Positions 56,217-64,000 of a stretch of 64,000 nt of DNA are shown in pieces. This DNA is from a virus, in IMG/VR virus record IMGVR_UViG_3300027628_000012; one strand, 5' to 3'. Below the pieces are notes generated by a model that was given only the letters and a program-made list of their open reading frames with translations, searched no databases and was not told the origin of the DNA. Position 1 is the stretch's first letter. Every line of letters begins with the position of its first letter. A program made the position numbers and the translations under genes.

Positions 56217-56669
56217 GTGCGAGACTTACTAATAAAAGAGAACCTGTATTCATTTGTTCCAGATCCAGCAGAAGAAATTTTTGAGGAAGGGGCATTCACA
56301 TGGTATTTCGGAAATTGCGAGGAACGGTTGACACCTCACATATTTGATAACTTACTTAATAAGGATCCATGGGCAGAACATTTTTTATTGTGGATTCATA
56401 GAGAGATTTCTGATTACCACTTTGCAAGCTTAGAACAAGATCGTTTCTTTGATCCAAGCATTTTTCCAGTCGAAGATTTGGAAGAGGATAATTATGATGC
56501 AGTTAACGACTATTATTTTGATAATTATGACATGAACGAAATGTTTTTCTACCTTGATATTAAACAATTACTGGATAACAATCATATGTTTTATCTAGAT
56601 AACTATGCAGGCAATGTAATCCAAAAGAAAACACGAGTTATAAATCCACCTATAAAGGGAGTTTGGTAA
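56217..56669 (+). CDS. VW-tail family member 6 (ends INPPIKGVW)
   Basis: Shared motif. Confidence 0.75.
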   Translation: MRDLLIKENLYSFVPDPAEEIFEEGAFTWYFGNCEERLTPHIFDNLLNKDPWAEHFLLWIHREISDYHFASLEQDRFFDPSIFPVEDLEEDNYDAVNDYYFDNYDMNEMFFYLDIKQLLDNNHMFYLDNYAGNVIQKKTRVINPPIKGVW

Positions 56670-56671
56670 AA

Positions 56672-57202
56672 ATGAATAAATTAAAAGAATCTAAGTATCC
56701 TTTTCTGTTTTTTCCAGAAGAGGCTTTTCATGTTGGGCAAGTAATTAATTATGTGACAAATAGCTATGTAAATGTATTAGAACAAACAAACAGTGAAGTG
56801 GTTACACCAAATAATATATCGATGAGAGATAAATACATTACAACATTAGGCACCGTGGGACGCATTGTAAAGTTGGGAGAAAATCATGTTGATTTATTTC
56901 ATACAGAATCTCATAACGCGATTATTCGAGATTTAGCGATTAAGTATAACGATGATCTAGCAAAGGTGACGTTAGATTTCATGAAGCGAGAAGCACTAGC
57001 TGTAGACCTAACGAATGAACAACGTGAACTTTTAAATCATGATATCCGTGTAGCTTTTAATGCAGCTAGAATATTTTATTTAGATTCGGAAGAACCTTAT
57101 CATTCACTTCAATTTATGAGTGGCCAAGAAGAAGGTTCAGTTTTCACTGAGCAAAATGTAAAAAAACTATTTCGTCATATTCCAATTAAAGAGGTGTGGT
57201 GA
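56672..57202 (+). CDS. VW-tail family member 7 (ends RHIPIKEVW)
   Basis: Shared motif. Confidence 0.75.
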   Translation: MNKLKESKYPFLFFPEEAFHVGQVINYVTNSYVNVLEQTNSEVVTPNNISMRDKYITTLGTVGRIVKLGENHVDLFHTESHNAIIRDLAIKYNDDLAKVTLDFMKREALAVDLTNEQRELLNHDIRVAFNAARIFYLDSEEPYHSLQFMSGQEEGSVFTEQNVKKLFRHIPIKEVW

Positions 57203-57203
57203 C

Positions 57204-57608
57204 ATGTCTTATATAACTATTAGAGAGCAATTCCCTGATTTAAAAGTAGATGTTGATGTTCCATTATTTATAGATGAAATTTTTGATTTATATGAAGAAA
57301 TTGTAGCGGACAGCTTTATATTTAATAACTTACATGATGTAGCTATTCCGGCTTTTACTCATTTTATGGCACATGATGAATTTACAGGATGTGTAGATAA
57401 TCTTGCATCTTATGAAGTGTTTGGTGTGGCAGCTGAATACGCTCCAATAGACGATGAATCAGCTGATAAATTTTGGATAGAATACGACCGTCAAGCGCTT
57501 TTAATTAATGAGGACCTTTTTAATATCATGAAATTTTACAAGATGGCTTATTGTTTAAATGAAAAAGAAAATATTTATATAAATCTTCCAATTAAAGAGG
57601 TGTGGTAA
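57204..57608 (+). CDS. VW-tail family member 8 (ends INLPIKEVW)
   Basis: Shared motif. Confidence 0.75.
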   Translation: MSYITIREQFPDLKVDVDVPLFIDEIFDLYEEIVADSFIFNNLHDVAIPAFTHFMAHDEFTGCVDNLASYEVFGVAAEYAPIDDESADKFWIEYDRQALLINEDLFNIMKFYKMAYCLNEKENIYINLPIKEVW

Positions 57609-58123
57609 TGTATCAACTTAAAACGCAAGAACATCGTTTTGATTTTTTGGAAAATACAACCCTTAACGGACATCAAAATATAGGCAGTCTACTGGGTGAG
57701 TTATATGAAGAATCTTACGAAACACAGGAATTTTATAGTGATTGTACTCCTGTAATATTAGTGCCGACAAGATACATGTTATTGTTAACAGCTTGGAATA
57801 ATTTTGAATGGCTTTATATGCAATACATTTTAAATGGTTACGGAGATGATGAAGGGGAAGAAACACGTCGGCGCATAGAAGAAGGCGAAGACATGGATGA
57901 AATTATGATGGAATGGAGTATGGTAAAAGGTGAACTTTCTTCGTACGGCTGTTACTTCAGTGAAGGAACTGTAGAACAGAAGTATTTTAATGAAATTATG
58001 AGGGCTTTAAATATGTATCACATCAGCTACTTTGATGATACAAGTACTATGGGTGTATTTACTTCACCCGAAGAAGTAAAGCCTACGAAGTTGATTAATC
58101 CTTATATAAAAGAGGTGTGGTAA
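57608..58123 (+). CDS. VW-tail family member 9 (ends INPYIKEVW)
   Basis: TAATG overlap start; shared motif. Confidence 0.75.
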   Translation: MYQLKTQEHRFDFLENTTLNGHQNIGSLLGELYEESYETQEFYSDCTPVILVPTRYMLLLTAWNNFEWLYMQYILNGYGDDEGEETRRRIEEGEDMDEIMMEWSMVKGELSSYGCYFSEGTVEQKYFNEIMRALNMYHISYFDDTSTMGVFTSPEEVKPTKLINPYIKEVW

Positions 58124-58124
58124 C

Positions 58125-58490
58125 GTGGGTGAGTTAGTGAAACGTAAGGAACTTGAACTTTCATTGGTCCCTTACCATTTATCTAAAGATTTTGAAGAGA
58201 TGGTATTAGAATGCTATTTGCAATACGGATACTACGATACTCACAATTTAGGAGAATTCGTAGACAGCTTTGCTATATATGCAGAGTCTCATGAGAAAAC
58301 AGGTAACCCCTATTTGTTAAGTGACGATCAATCAAAAACGAGTGATTTTTATAATGATATTATCAATAATCGCTTTTATGAACTAATAGATGATGTCATG
58401 GAAGTACTAAATTATCACAATATGTTTTTTATAGATAAAGATTTTCGATATGTAAAATATTATAATTTGCCAATCAAACCGGTTTGGTAA
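58125..58490 (+). CDS. VW-tail family member 10 (ends YNLPIKPVW)
   Basis: Shared motif; followed by an independent RBS. Confidence 0.75.
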   Translation: MGELVKRKELELSLVPYHLSKDFEEMVLECYLQYGYYDTHNLGEFVDSFAIYAESHEKTGNPYLLSDDQSKTSDFYNDIINNRFYELIDDVMEVLNYHNMFFIDKDFRYVKYYNLPIKPVW

Positions 58491-58502
58491 GGAGGAGACA
58501 TT

Positions 58503-58958
58503 ATGAATTTTTTAAATATACGTAAAGGTCCTAAGATGGAAGCTATTATTGGAGAACATCGCAATGAGTTTGAAAAGCATGTAATTGATTTGTATTGTCA
58601 AACGGAAGGTGGATTTTGGGGTGCGGTACCTTCTTTAGAAAGAAATATTATCGACCACATAAAACCTCAATATACACTAGCTGTAGTATTGTCACAAGGA
58701 ACAGGAGATCAATCATACTTCATCAAGGAAACAGCAGGGAAATTTATACCGGGGTTCTTGGAGGTATGGTCAGCAGCTAATCTTGAAGCAATAAAAGAAG
58801 AAGCACCTGGTAATTATATTAACGCTATACATGGAGTGGCAAAGGACACGTTATCAGTCATTGACTATCATAATATGTTTTGCGCACTTCAGGTTGATGA
58901 GATTAATGGGCGTCCAGTACAAGGGGTTATGAATACCCCTATCCATCAAGTATGGTAG
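58503..58958 (+). CDS. VW-tail family member 11 (ends MNTPIHQVW)
   Basis: Shared motif; followed by an independent RBS. Confidence 0.75.
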   Translation: MNFLNIRKGPKMEAIIGEHRNEFEKHVIDLYCQTEGGFWGAVPSLERNIIDHIKPQYTLAVVLSQGTGDQSYFIKETAGKFIPGFLEVWSAANLEAIKEEAPGNYINAIHGVAKDTLSVIDYHNMFCALQVDEINGRPVQGVMNTPIHQVW

Positions 58959-58972
58959 AAAGGAGAAAAAAT

Positions 58973-59401
58973 ATGTATGAATTAATACAAAGAACGAGTC
59001 CGGATTACAATGTTGTGCCGGACTATTTTATTAAGCGATTTGAGACGCAAGTAATGAGTAGTTATGTTCGGAGCTTAAAGAACAACGATGATCTGCCATT
59101 CATTGATGATAATTTGTTATTGAATAACGCCCTTCACCCCGAACTTTGGGCAGCAAGTTATCTTGATTATAAGCAGCATCCTCGTTATTATCTCGAAACT
59201 ACAGAGGGTATGTCGATAACTCAGATACACGATTTGAACTCTGGAATTTATGAAATGTTGAACCAAAAGCCTGATCCTAATTTTGATGACCTATTGTATT
59301 GGGATGTTCAATCGTTTTTAGAGCATCATCATATAACTTATAGAGATTTGTATTTTTACAATCGCGCTCCTAGAAATCTCCCAATAAGACAGGTGTGGTA
59401 A
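58973..59401 (+). CDS. VW-tail family member 12 (ends RNLPIRQVW)
   Basis: ATG 58973 after AAAGGAG; shared motif. Confidence 0.75.
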   Translation: MYELIQRTSPDYNVVPDYFIKRFETQVMSSYVRSLKNNDDLPFIDDNLLLNNALHPELWAASYLDYKQHPRYYLETTEGMSITQIHDLNSGIYEMLNQKPDPNFDDLLYWDVQSFLEHHHITYRDLYFYNRAPRNLPIRQVW

Positions 59402-59403
59402 GT

Positions 59404-59832
59404 ATGGATGAATTAATGATGAATAAGCAATATCACTTAGCACATTTGCTGGGTACAGAATTCGAGGTGCGTATGTATGATGCTTATGTTGGACTAGCAA
59501 CATCAGAGCGCCCACCCTTTTTAGAAGATATGTTTACCGAAACCATTCAAATGCAGGCTCTTATATTATTGGAGTCTGCACGTAAAAATCCAGGCGTATT
59601 AAATTTATCAAAACACGAATGGGATGAATTGCATATCAATGTATGGCACGATAATGATGTAGCAAAGTTACATGTGCTAGATCTAGTGTCTCCAAATGAA
59701 GTAGATAATGTCACGTATGATATTTTTTATTATTTATGCAAATATCGAATGAGTGTGTTAACGAAAAGGAATCACAGTAACCGAACAGATCAAGCGAATC
59801 TTATTCATTCTCCTTACACGGAGGTATGGTGA
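59404..59832 (+). CDS. VW-tail family member 13 (ends IHSPYTEVW)
   Basis: Shared motif. Confidence 0.75.
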   Translation: MDELMMNKQYHLAHLLGTEFEVRMYDAYVGLATSERPPFLEDMFTETIQMQALILLESARKNPGVLNLSKHEWDELHINVWHDNDVAKLHVLDLVSPNEVDNVTYDIFYYLCKYRMSVLTKRNHSNRTDQANLIHSPYTEVW

Positions 59833-59833
59833 A

Positions 59834-60559
59834 ATGGTTAGCCGGTATGATGTAGTCAACTTGTTTAACAGTCAGTTGCCTTTATTTAGTTGGAAAGGTG
59901 ATGAGCATGCAAAGGGTATTTACTTCAATCAAGAATATGGCTATCTCGTAGAACGAACTTATGCAGTTAGGGTTAGGCATAATGAGCCTGCCCCTTCGGT
60001 TTTTTATAAGCCGCATGATAACAACAATGAGGAAGATGAGGTCTTTTCTGAATACCCATATAAGGATTTAACGAAGGTTACGAAAAATTATCATCACCTA
60101 TTTCAAACAAACGAGTTAGATGAGGGTATGTTAGAGCACTTGTTTAACGTAGATTTTTACGACCATGTAATATTGCCAGCAGCTCCTTTAGACACTCTAT
60201 TGCGAAAGGTTGCAAACAAACGGCAGCGGGATCGGTGCTTATTTGAAATAAAAAAAGATGCCGATGAAATTCGAGTATCGGTGATTGAAAGAGCCAACGC
60301 AACCGTTTTATTTAGCGAATCATTCAAAACTAGTACAGAAATTGGATATCGTGAGAACAAAGGTATGTTATATTCTTATTTAAATGCAAACACCGTCCTT
60401 CACGCTCTGAATCTATTTAATTTAAAAGGAAATGTTTTCTTTTCTATATCTCGTGATAAAATAAAATTGAACAGCTACACTTCAACACCTAAAGTTGAAG
60501 CGGTCATTTCTGTACCTAGACAAAAGATGGTAAAAATAAATCGCAATCAGATTAATTGA
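59834..60559 (+). CDS. Hypothetical protein, possible beta-clamp-like fold
   Basis: C-terminus YLNANTVLHALNLFNLKGNVFFSISRDKIKLNS...VEAVISVPR resembles DnaN (FNxxYLxDAL...V...IMPxR), matched by eye. Confidence 0.4.
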   Translation: MVSRYDVVNLFNSQLPLFSWKGDEHAKGIYFNQEYGYLVERTYAVRVRHNEPAPSVFYKPHDNNNEEDEVFSEYPYKDLTKVTKNYHHLFQTNELDEGMLEHLFNVDFYDHVILPAAPLDTLLRKVANKRQRDRCLFEIKKDADEIRVSVIERANATVLFSESFKTSTEIGYRENKGMLYSYLNANTVLHALNLFNLKGNVFFSISRDKIKLNSYTSTPKVEAVISVPRQKMVKINRNQIN

Positions 60560-63500
60560 AGGAGGCAATTTTTACTTGTGAAAGGCAGGGGAAATTAGTG
60601 AGTTGGTTTAAGGATGTTACGGAATATATACATCGCAATATAGATGACTTTGTGTATGTATTCCTCAAAGCAAAAGATATTGATAAATCAGGAAAAAGGA
60701 TGAAGATTGATCCATGTCCTTTTTGTGGACATAATGGATGTTTTTCTTTGACGAGAGGCGTTAATGGATTTCATTGCTTTTCTTGTAAAGCAAAAGGAAC
60801 GCTCATTAGCGCAGTGGAACAATTAGAAGGGGACGAAATTGAAGCCCGTAAAGCTTTAGCTGAATGGTCAGGCATTAAATATAATTATGCTAGTTACTCT
60901 CCTGAGAAAGAGGCAGCAAGGCAAAAGTGGGATCGTTTTCAACAACTTTGTAAAGAGGCCCTGAAATTTTACTATACACGTTTAACGAGGGTACAGGTAG
61001 AAATTAATGGAGAAAAGGTCAGTCCAGGTCAGTATCAAATCGATGTACGTAAGCATGATTTAAAGACGCTTGCGGATTTTCGAGTAGGGTATTCTGGCGG
61101 CAAGAAACAATTAGTAGAGTACTTGTTAAAACAAGGATATACAAAAGAAGAAATAGATGAAGCTATGAGAGAAATGATTGGATTTCCAGACGGCTATTTT
61201 CTATACCCTTACTTTGATGAGAGAGGGAATTTGGTACGTATCAATGCAAAGCTGTTCGTCAGAGGCTGTTATGGAAGTCAAGGAGCACATGGGTATAATT
61301 TTGATTGTTCATTCCAGACACTCCAATTAGATTCGGAGACAAAGAAGAAACATGAAGCAACAAATAAACACAAGATGCGTCCTGACAATCTTTCTAAAGG
61401 TAGTAAGTTAGGTGCTTTTTTATTTTTATCAAAAGGATGGAGAAACAAGAAGTACGCAATTATGGTGGAAGGAGAGAACGACCTCCTATCTGTACATGAA
61501 GCGTTGCAACAAATGCCTCCTGTTTATAGAAAAGAATTCCTACCTATTTGCCTGGGCGGTAATAGTCCGGATGGGATGTTTAAATCAGAATTTCTCAGAA
61601 AATTTGAAGAAGTATATGATGCCTTCGATAATGATGATGCAGGGGATACATACCGTGAACAGCTAGATCGTGAAATGCCGGAAGTGAAATTAAAGCATAT
61701 ATCTATTCCAAATGATTGCAACGACATTGATTTGTTTTTGAAAACAGAAACTGATGCGCTGGTTCAATTTGAGGAAATGCTTGATTCGGCAACGGTGGTT
61801 CCGCCTAAACATCACCTTATTACACGTGAAGGTAATAGACATATCTGGAATGTAAACAATCGTCATTTCGGTTTAAAATATGAGATTACGTCATTTAAAT
61901 ATTCTAAAAATGCTTATGTAGGTACGTTGAGTCAATATAAACATGGCATTAAAACAGTCGCTAAACAAGGTGACATAGATGCTTTAAGTATGCCTGGTAT
62001 GAATGAGGAAATGATGCGGTTACGTACAGCATTAAGTGATGAGATAAACCATTACTATCATAACGTGCGTTGGATCAACGACGAACCTGAGCGAACTTTT
62101 GATGAACTACTCGATATTTTCAAATTGACGAAGTATAAAAAAGAGGTTATTAAACAGATTGCTTGGTATCTCTATCATGCTAGTAAACAGGAAAAAGAAT
62201 TTAACATTGATCGAATTAAAAAGGTAATAAGCAACGAAAAAGATGTAGCTATTATTTTGCAAGAAATGACTGGTTATGAGAACCAAGACATTGATTTGGA
62301 TAAGATTTATCCTGAGATACATTTATCACAGTCGTTGTATCCGTTGAATAATGATGCTTTTTTATTTTTTGAACTGCGTGTGAAAGATGGGGAAGATACC
62401 AAACGCGTACCCTGTCTTATCTCTAACCACAAGGAAATCATCAGGCTTGATATCATGAAAAAGAAAGAAGCGCAATCTTTATTGCTGGTAAACAAAAAGT
62501 ATGAGTTGCCAGAGGAAGTCGAACAGATGCCATTTAAGGCTACAGAGCTTTCATTACAAGCTTCTTATGTAACCAAGTGGGTAAATGGTAAACTAACAGA
62601 CAACGAGATTTCACCGGAGTCTATTATTCATGAGATCGAATCGTTTATACGTTCCACTTACTATGCAACAGATGAAGTAATAAAAGTAGTGTCCTTATGG
62701 ATTTATGCAACGTATTATTACAGGCTATTTACTAGTGGATTCCCTTATCTATTAATTAACGGGACTAAGGGATCTGGTAAATCAACACTTGATTTAATTT
62801 TAAAGTTGTTATCGTTTAATCCAACGTTCACCGTAAATACAAGTGAAGCAGCTCTATATAGACGTATCGACTTTTTCGGTGGAACGTTTATACTTGATGA
62901 GCTTGAAAATTTAACAGATTCAAAAGATGCTGATAAAAGTGGATTGGCTGCTGTTCTGAAAGCTGGATATGCAGAAAATGGTGAGGTTCTTCGAACAGAT
63001 CCTAATACCAATCATGCACGTGGGTTTTCCGCATTTGGACCCAAGGTAATCTCGAACATTAGAGGGATTGATGACGTAATTGCTGACCGATGTATTCGTA
63101 TTGATGCAGTAGCTGCACCAGAAAGCAAATTACGTAGATTAAAAGATCCGTTTGAATATAAAGGAGAAAAGCGAGAACAAATTTATTCCTTAACATCGAG
63201 GGCCGCTATCTCCGTTCTTAATCACTTTACAACAGTGGATAAGATCTTCAAAGAAAACACGCGTATAGATACAGGCAACGCTCGATTAACTCAATTACTA
63301 CGCCCATTAGTAACGATAGCGCGTTTGGTAGGAGCGGACTACGAGAAGCATCTTATGAATTATTACGAGACGGCTATTAAGGATTCGAAGCAGGATATTA
63401 AGCTGGAAACACTTGAAGGTAAAATGGAAACAATCCTTAAAGATGTTTCTTTAGAATTACTTGGACTCACTACAAACTACAAATATATTAAAAGTGATCA

Positions 63501-63840
63501 TGTCTACGATAAAGAAATTGCGTATGATGAAGAAACAGGTATTTTTGAAATGGATAGCATGCATTTTAAAGTATTCGCTCAGGAAATGGATACGGACAAA
63601 GTATATGACATGAAAGACGTAAAAGCTGCTGTTAAAGTAGCACTTGGCAAAAACTTTAACCACAAAGAAAACCGTATACAAACTAAGGTAACCATTGAAG
63701 ATGAAGGGTTACTCCGCCAAGTGAATAACGCTAAATATGCACAGGTTTTCCGCTATACGTTAAACGTAAGAGACTACGTTCCAAAACATGTAGAAGCGTT
63801 TAAAGATAAAGAGCCGGAAACAACAAAACCGTTATTCTAG
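60556..63840 (+). CDS. dnaG: DnaG-type primase (Zn finger plus TOPRIM) fused to a C-terminal P-loop ATPase/helicase domain
   Basis: CPFCGH...HCFSC, FRVGYS, YPYFDERG, MVEGENDLLS, DAFDNDDAGD; later NGTKGSGKST and FILDELE. The start codon is uncertain. Confidence 0.85.
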   Translation: MKEAIFTCERQGKLVSWFKDVTEYIHRNIDDFVYVFLKAKDIDKSGKRMKIDPCPFCGHNGCFSLTRGVNGFHCFSCKAKGTLISAVEQLEGDEIEARKALAEWSGIKYNYASYSPEKEAARQKWDRFQQLCKEALKFYYTRLTRVQVEINGEKVSPGQYQIDVRKHDLKTLADFRVGYSGGKKQLVEYLLKQGYTKEEIDEAMREMIGFPDGYFLYPYFDERGNLVRINAKLFVRGCYGSQGAHGYNFDCSFQTLQLDSETKKKHEATNKHKMRPDNLSKGSKLGAFLFLSKGWRNKKYAIMVEGENDLLSVHEALQQMPPVYRKEFLPICLGGNSPDGMFKSEFLRKFEEVYDAFDNDDAGDTYREQLDREMPEVKLKHISIPNDCNDIDLFLKTETDALVQFEEMLDSATVVPPKHHLITREGNRHIWNVNNRHFGLKYEITSFKYSKNAYVGTLSQYKHGIKTVAKQGDIDALSMPGMNEEMMRLRTALSDEINHYYHNVRWINDEPERTFDELLDIFKLTKYKKEVIKQIAWYLYHASKQEKEFNIDRIKKVISNEKDVAIILQEMTGYENQDIDLDKIYPEIHLSQSLYPLNNDAFLFFELRVKDGEDTKRVPCLISNHKEIIRLDIMKKKEAQSLLLVNKKYELPEEVEQMPFKATELSLQASYVTKWVNGKLTDNEISPESIIHEIESFIRSTYYATDEVIKVVSLWIYATYYYRLFTSGFPYLLINGTKGSGKSTLDLILKLLSFNPTFTVNTSEAALYRRIDFFGGTFILDELENLTDSKDADKSGLAAVLKAGYAENGEVLRTDPNTNHARGFSAFGPKVISNIRGIDDVIADRCIRIDAVAAPESKLRRLKDPFEYKGEKREQIYSLTSRAAISVLNHFTTVDKIFKENTRIDTGNARLTQLLRPLVTIARLVGADYEKHLMNYYETAIKDSKQDIKLETLEGKMETILKDVSLELLGLTTNYKYIKSDHVYDKEIAYDEETGIFEMDSMHFKVFAQEMDTDKVYDMKDVKAAVKVALGKNFNHKENRIQTKVTIEDEGLLRQVNNAKYAQVFRYTLNVRDYVPKHVEAFKDKEPETTKPLF

Positions 63841-63872
63841 GAACAACATCTACTAACAATCATATAATCTAC

Positions 63873-63906
63873 AAAAGAGGACAAGCTTATTGCTGTCCTC
63901 TTTTTT
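63873..63906 (+). terminator. Rho-independent terminator
   Basis: AAAAGAGGACA/TGTCCTCTTTT stem plus T-run. Confidence 0.8.
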
Positions 63907-64000
63907 ATAATGACCATTTTCTCTAAAAAGTGTTATAAGAAAAGTGGAGAAGGAAACAAAAAAATAATAAAAGGCAGGTAATAAAAATGATGATTAAAAC

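Larger units (their letters stand above)
360..63949 (+). promoter_or_regulatory. Repeated motif TGTTATAAG-RAnAGTRGAG (candidate phage promoter, class B), 9 copies
   Basis: TGTTATAAG starts at 360, 6229, 11410, 44759, 45114, 45304, 46827, 52658 and 63931. All are on the + strand, most with an upstream A-tract and a downstream AGT(A/G)GAG-like element. Confidence 0.75.

Noticed and set aside
54731-59832. Junction repeats (GAGGT[G/A]TGGT[A/G]A) read as attC-like or CRISPR-like DNA repeats of a cassette array
   Set aside because: Variation is concentrated at synonymous third positions and stop codons, and there is no palindromic structure or fixed spacer length. The pattern is better explained by a protein motif overlapping an SD. 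No integrase or cas gene was seen.
1-64000. Stop-codon reassignment, integrase/lysogeny module or CRISPR array
   Set aside because: Standard-code ORFs tile the window densely; no recombinase, repressor or regularly spaced repeats found.

Overview
64-kb segment of a large, AT-rich tailed phage genome. Strong AAGGAGG-type RBSs and a sigmaA-like promoter point to a Bacillota (Bacillus-like) host. There are three blocks. (1) Plus strand, 1-17.9 kb: about 17 tandem small membrane-protein genes, then a truncated N6-MTase-like gene, an HU-like gene, a probable SSB, a RuvC-like resolvase and a DinG helicase. (2) Minus strand, 18.0-44.7 kb: a morphogenesis block with terminase, portal, PhoH, a sigma70-family factor and many virion-like proteins rich in K-x-A motifs and Gly/Ala zippers. 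It ends in a 2241-aa single-chain beta-beta' RNA polymerase that is translationally coupled behind the portal. (3) Plus strand, 44.8-64 kb: a candidate ncRNA, a tRNA-like element, SbcD, DnaJ, a split SbcC, and a primase-ATPase fusion. This block also holds the most unusual feature, an array of 13 consecutive divergent genes that all end in the C-terminal motif [N/H]-x-[P/Y]-[I/L/T/Y]-x-[E/Q/G/P]-V-W*, bracketed by two possible clamp-fold genes. Three different repeated promoter-like motifs are visible. No major capsid, tail, integrase, RNAP alpha subunit or CRISPR array could be recognised. All calls were made by eye from motifs; no database searches were run.
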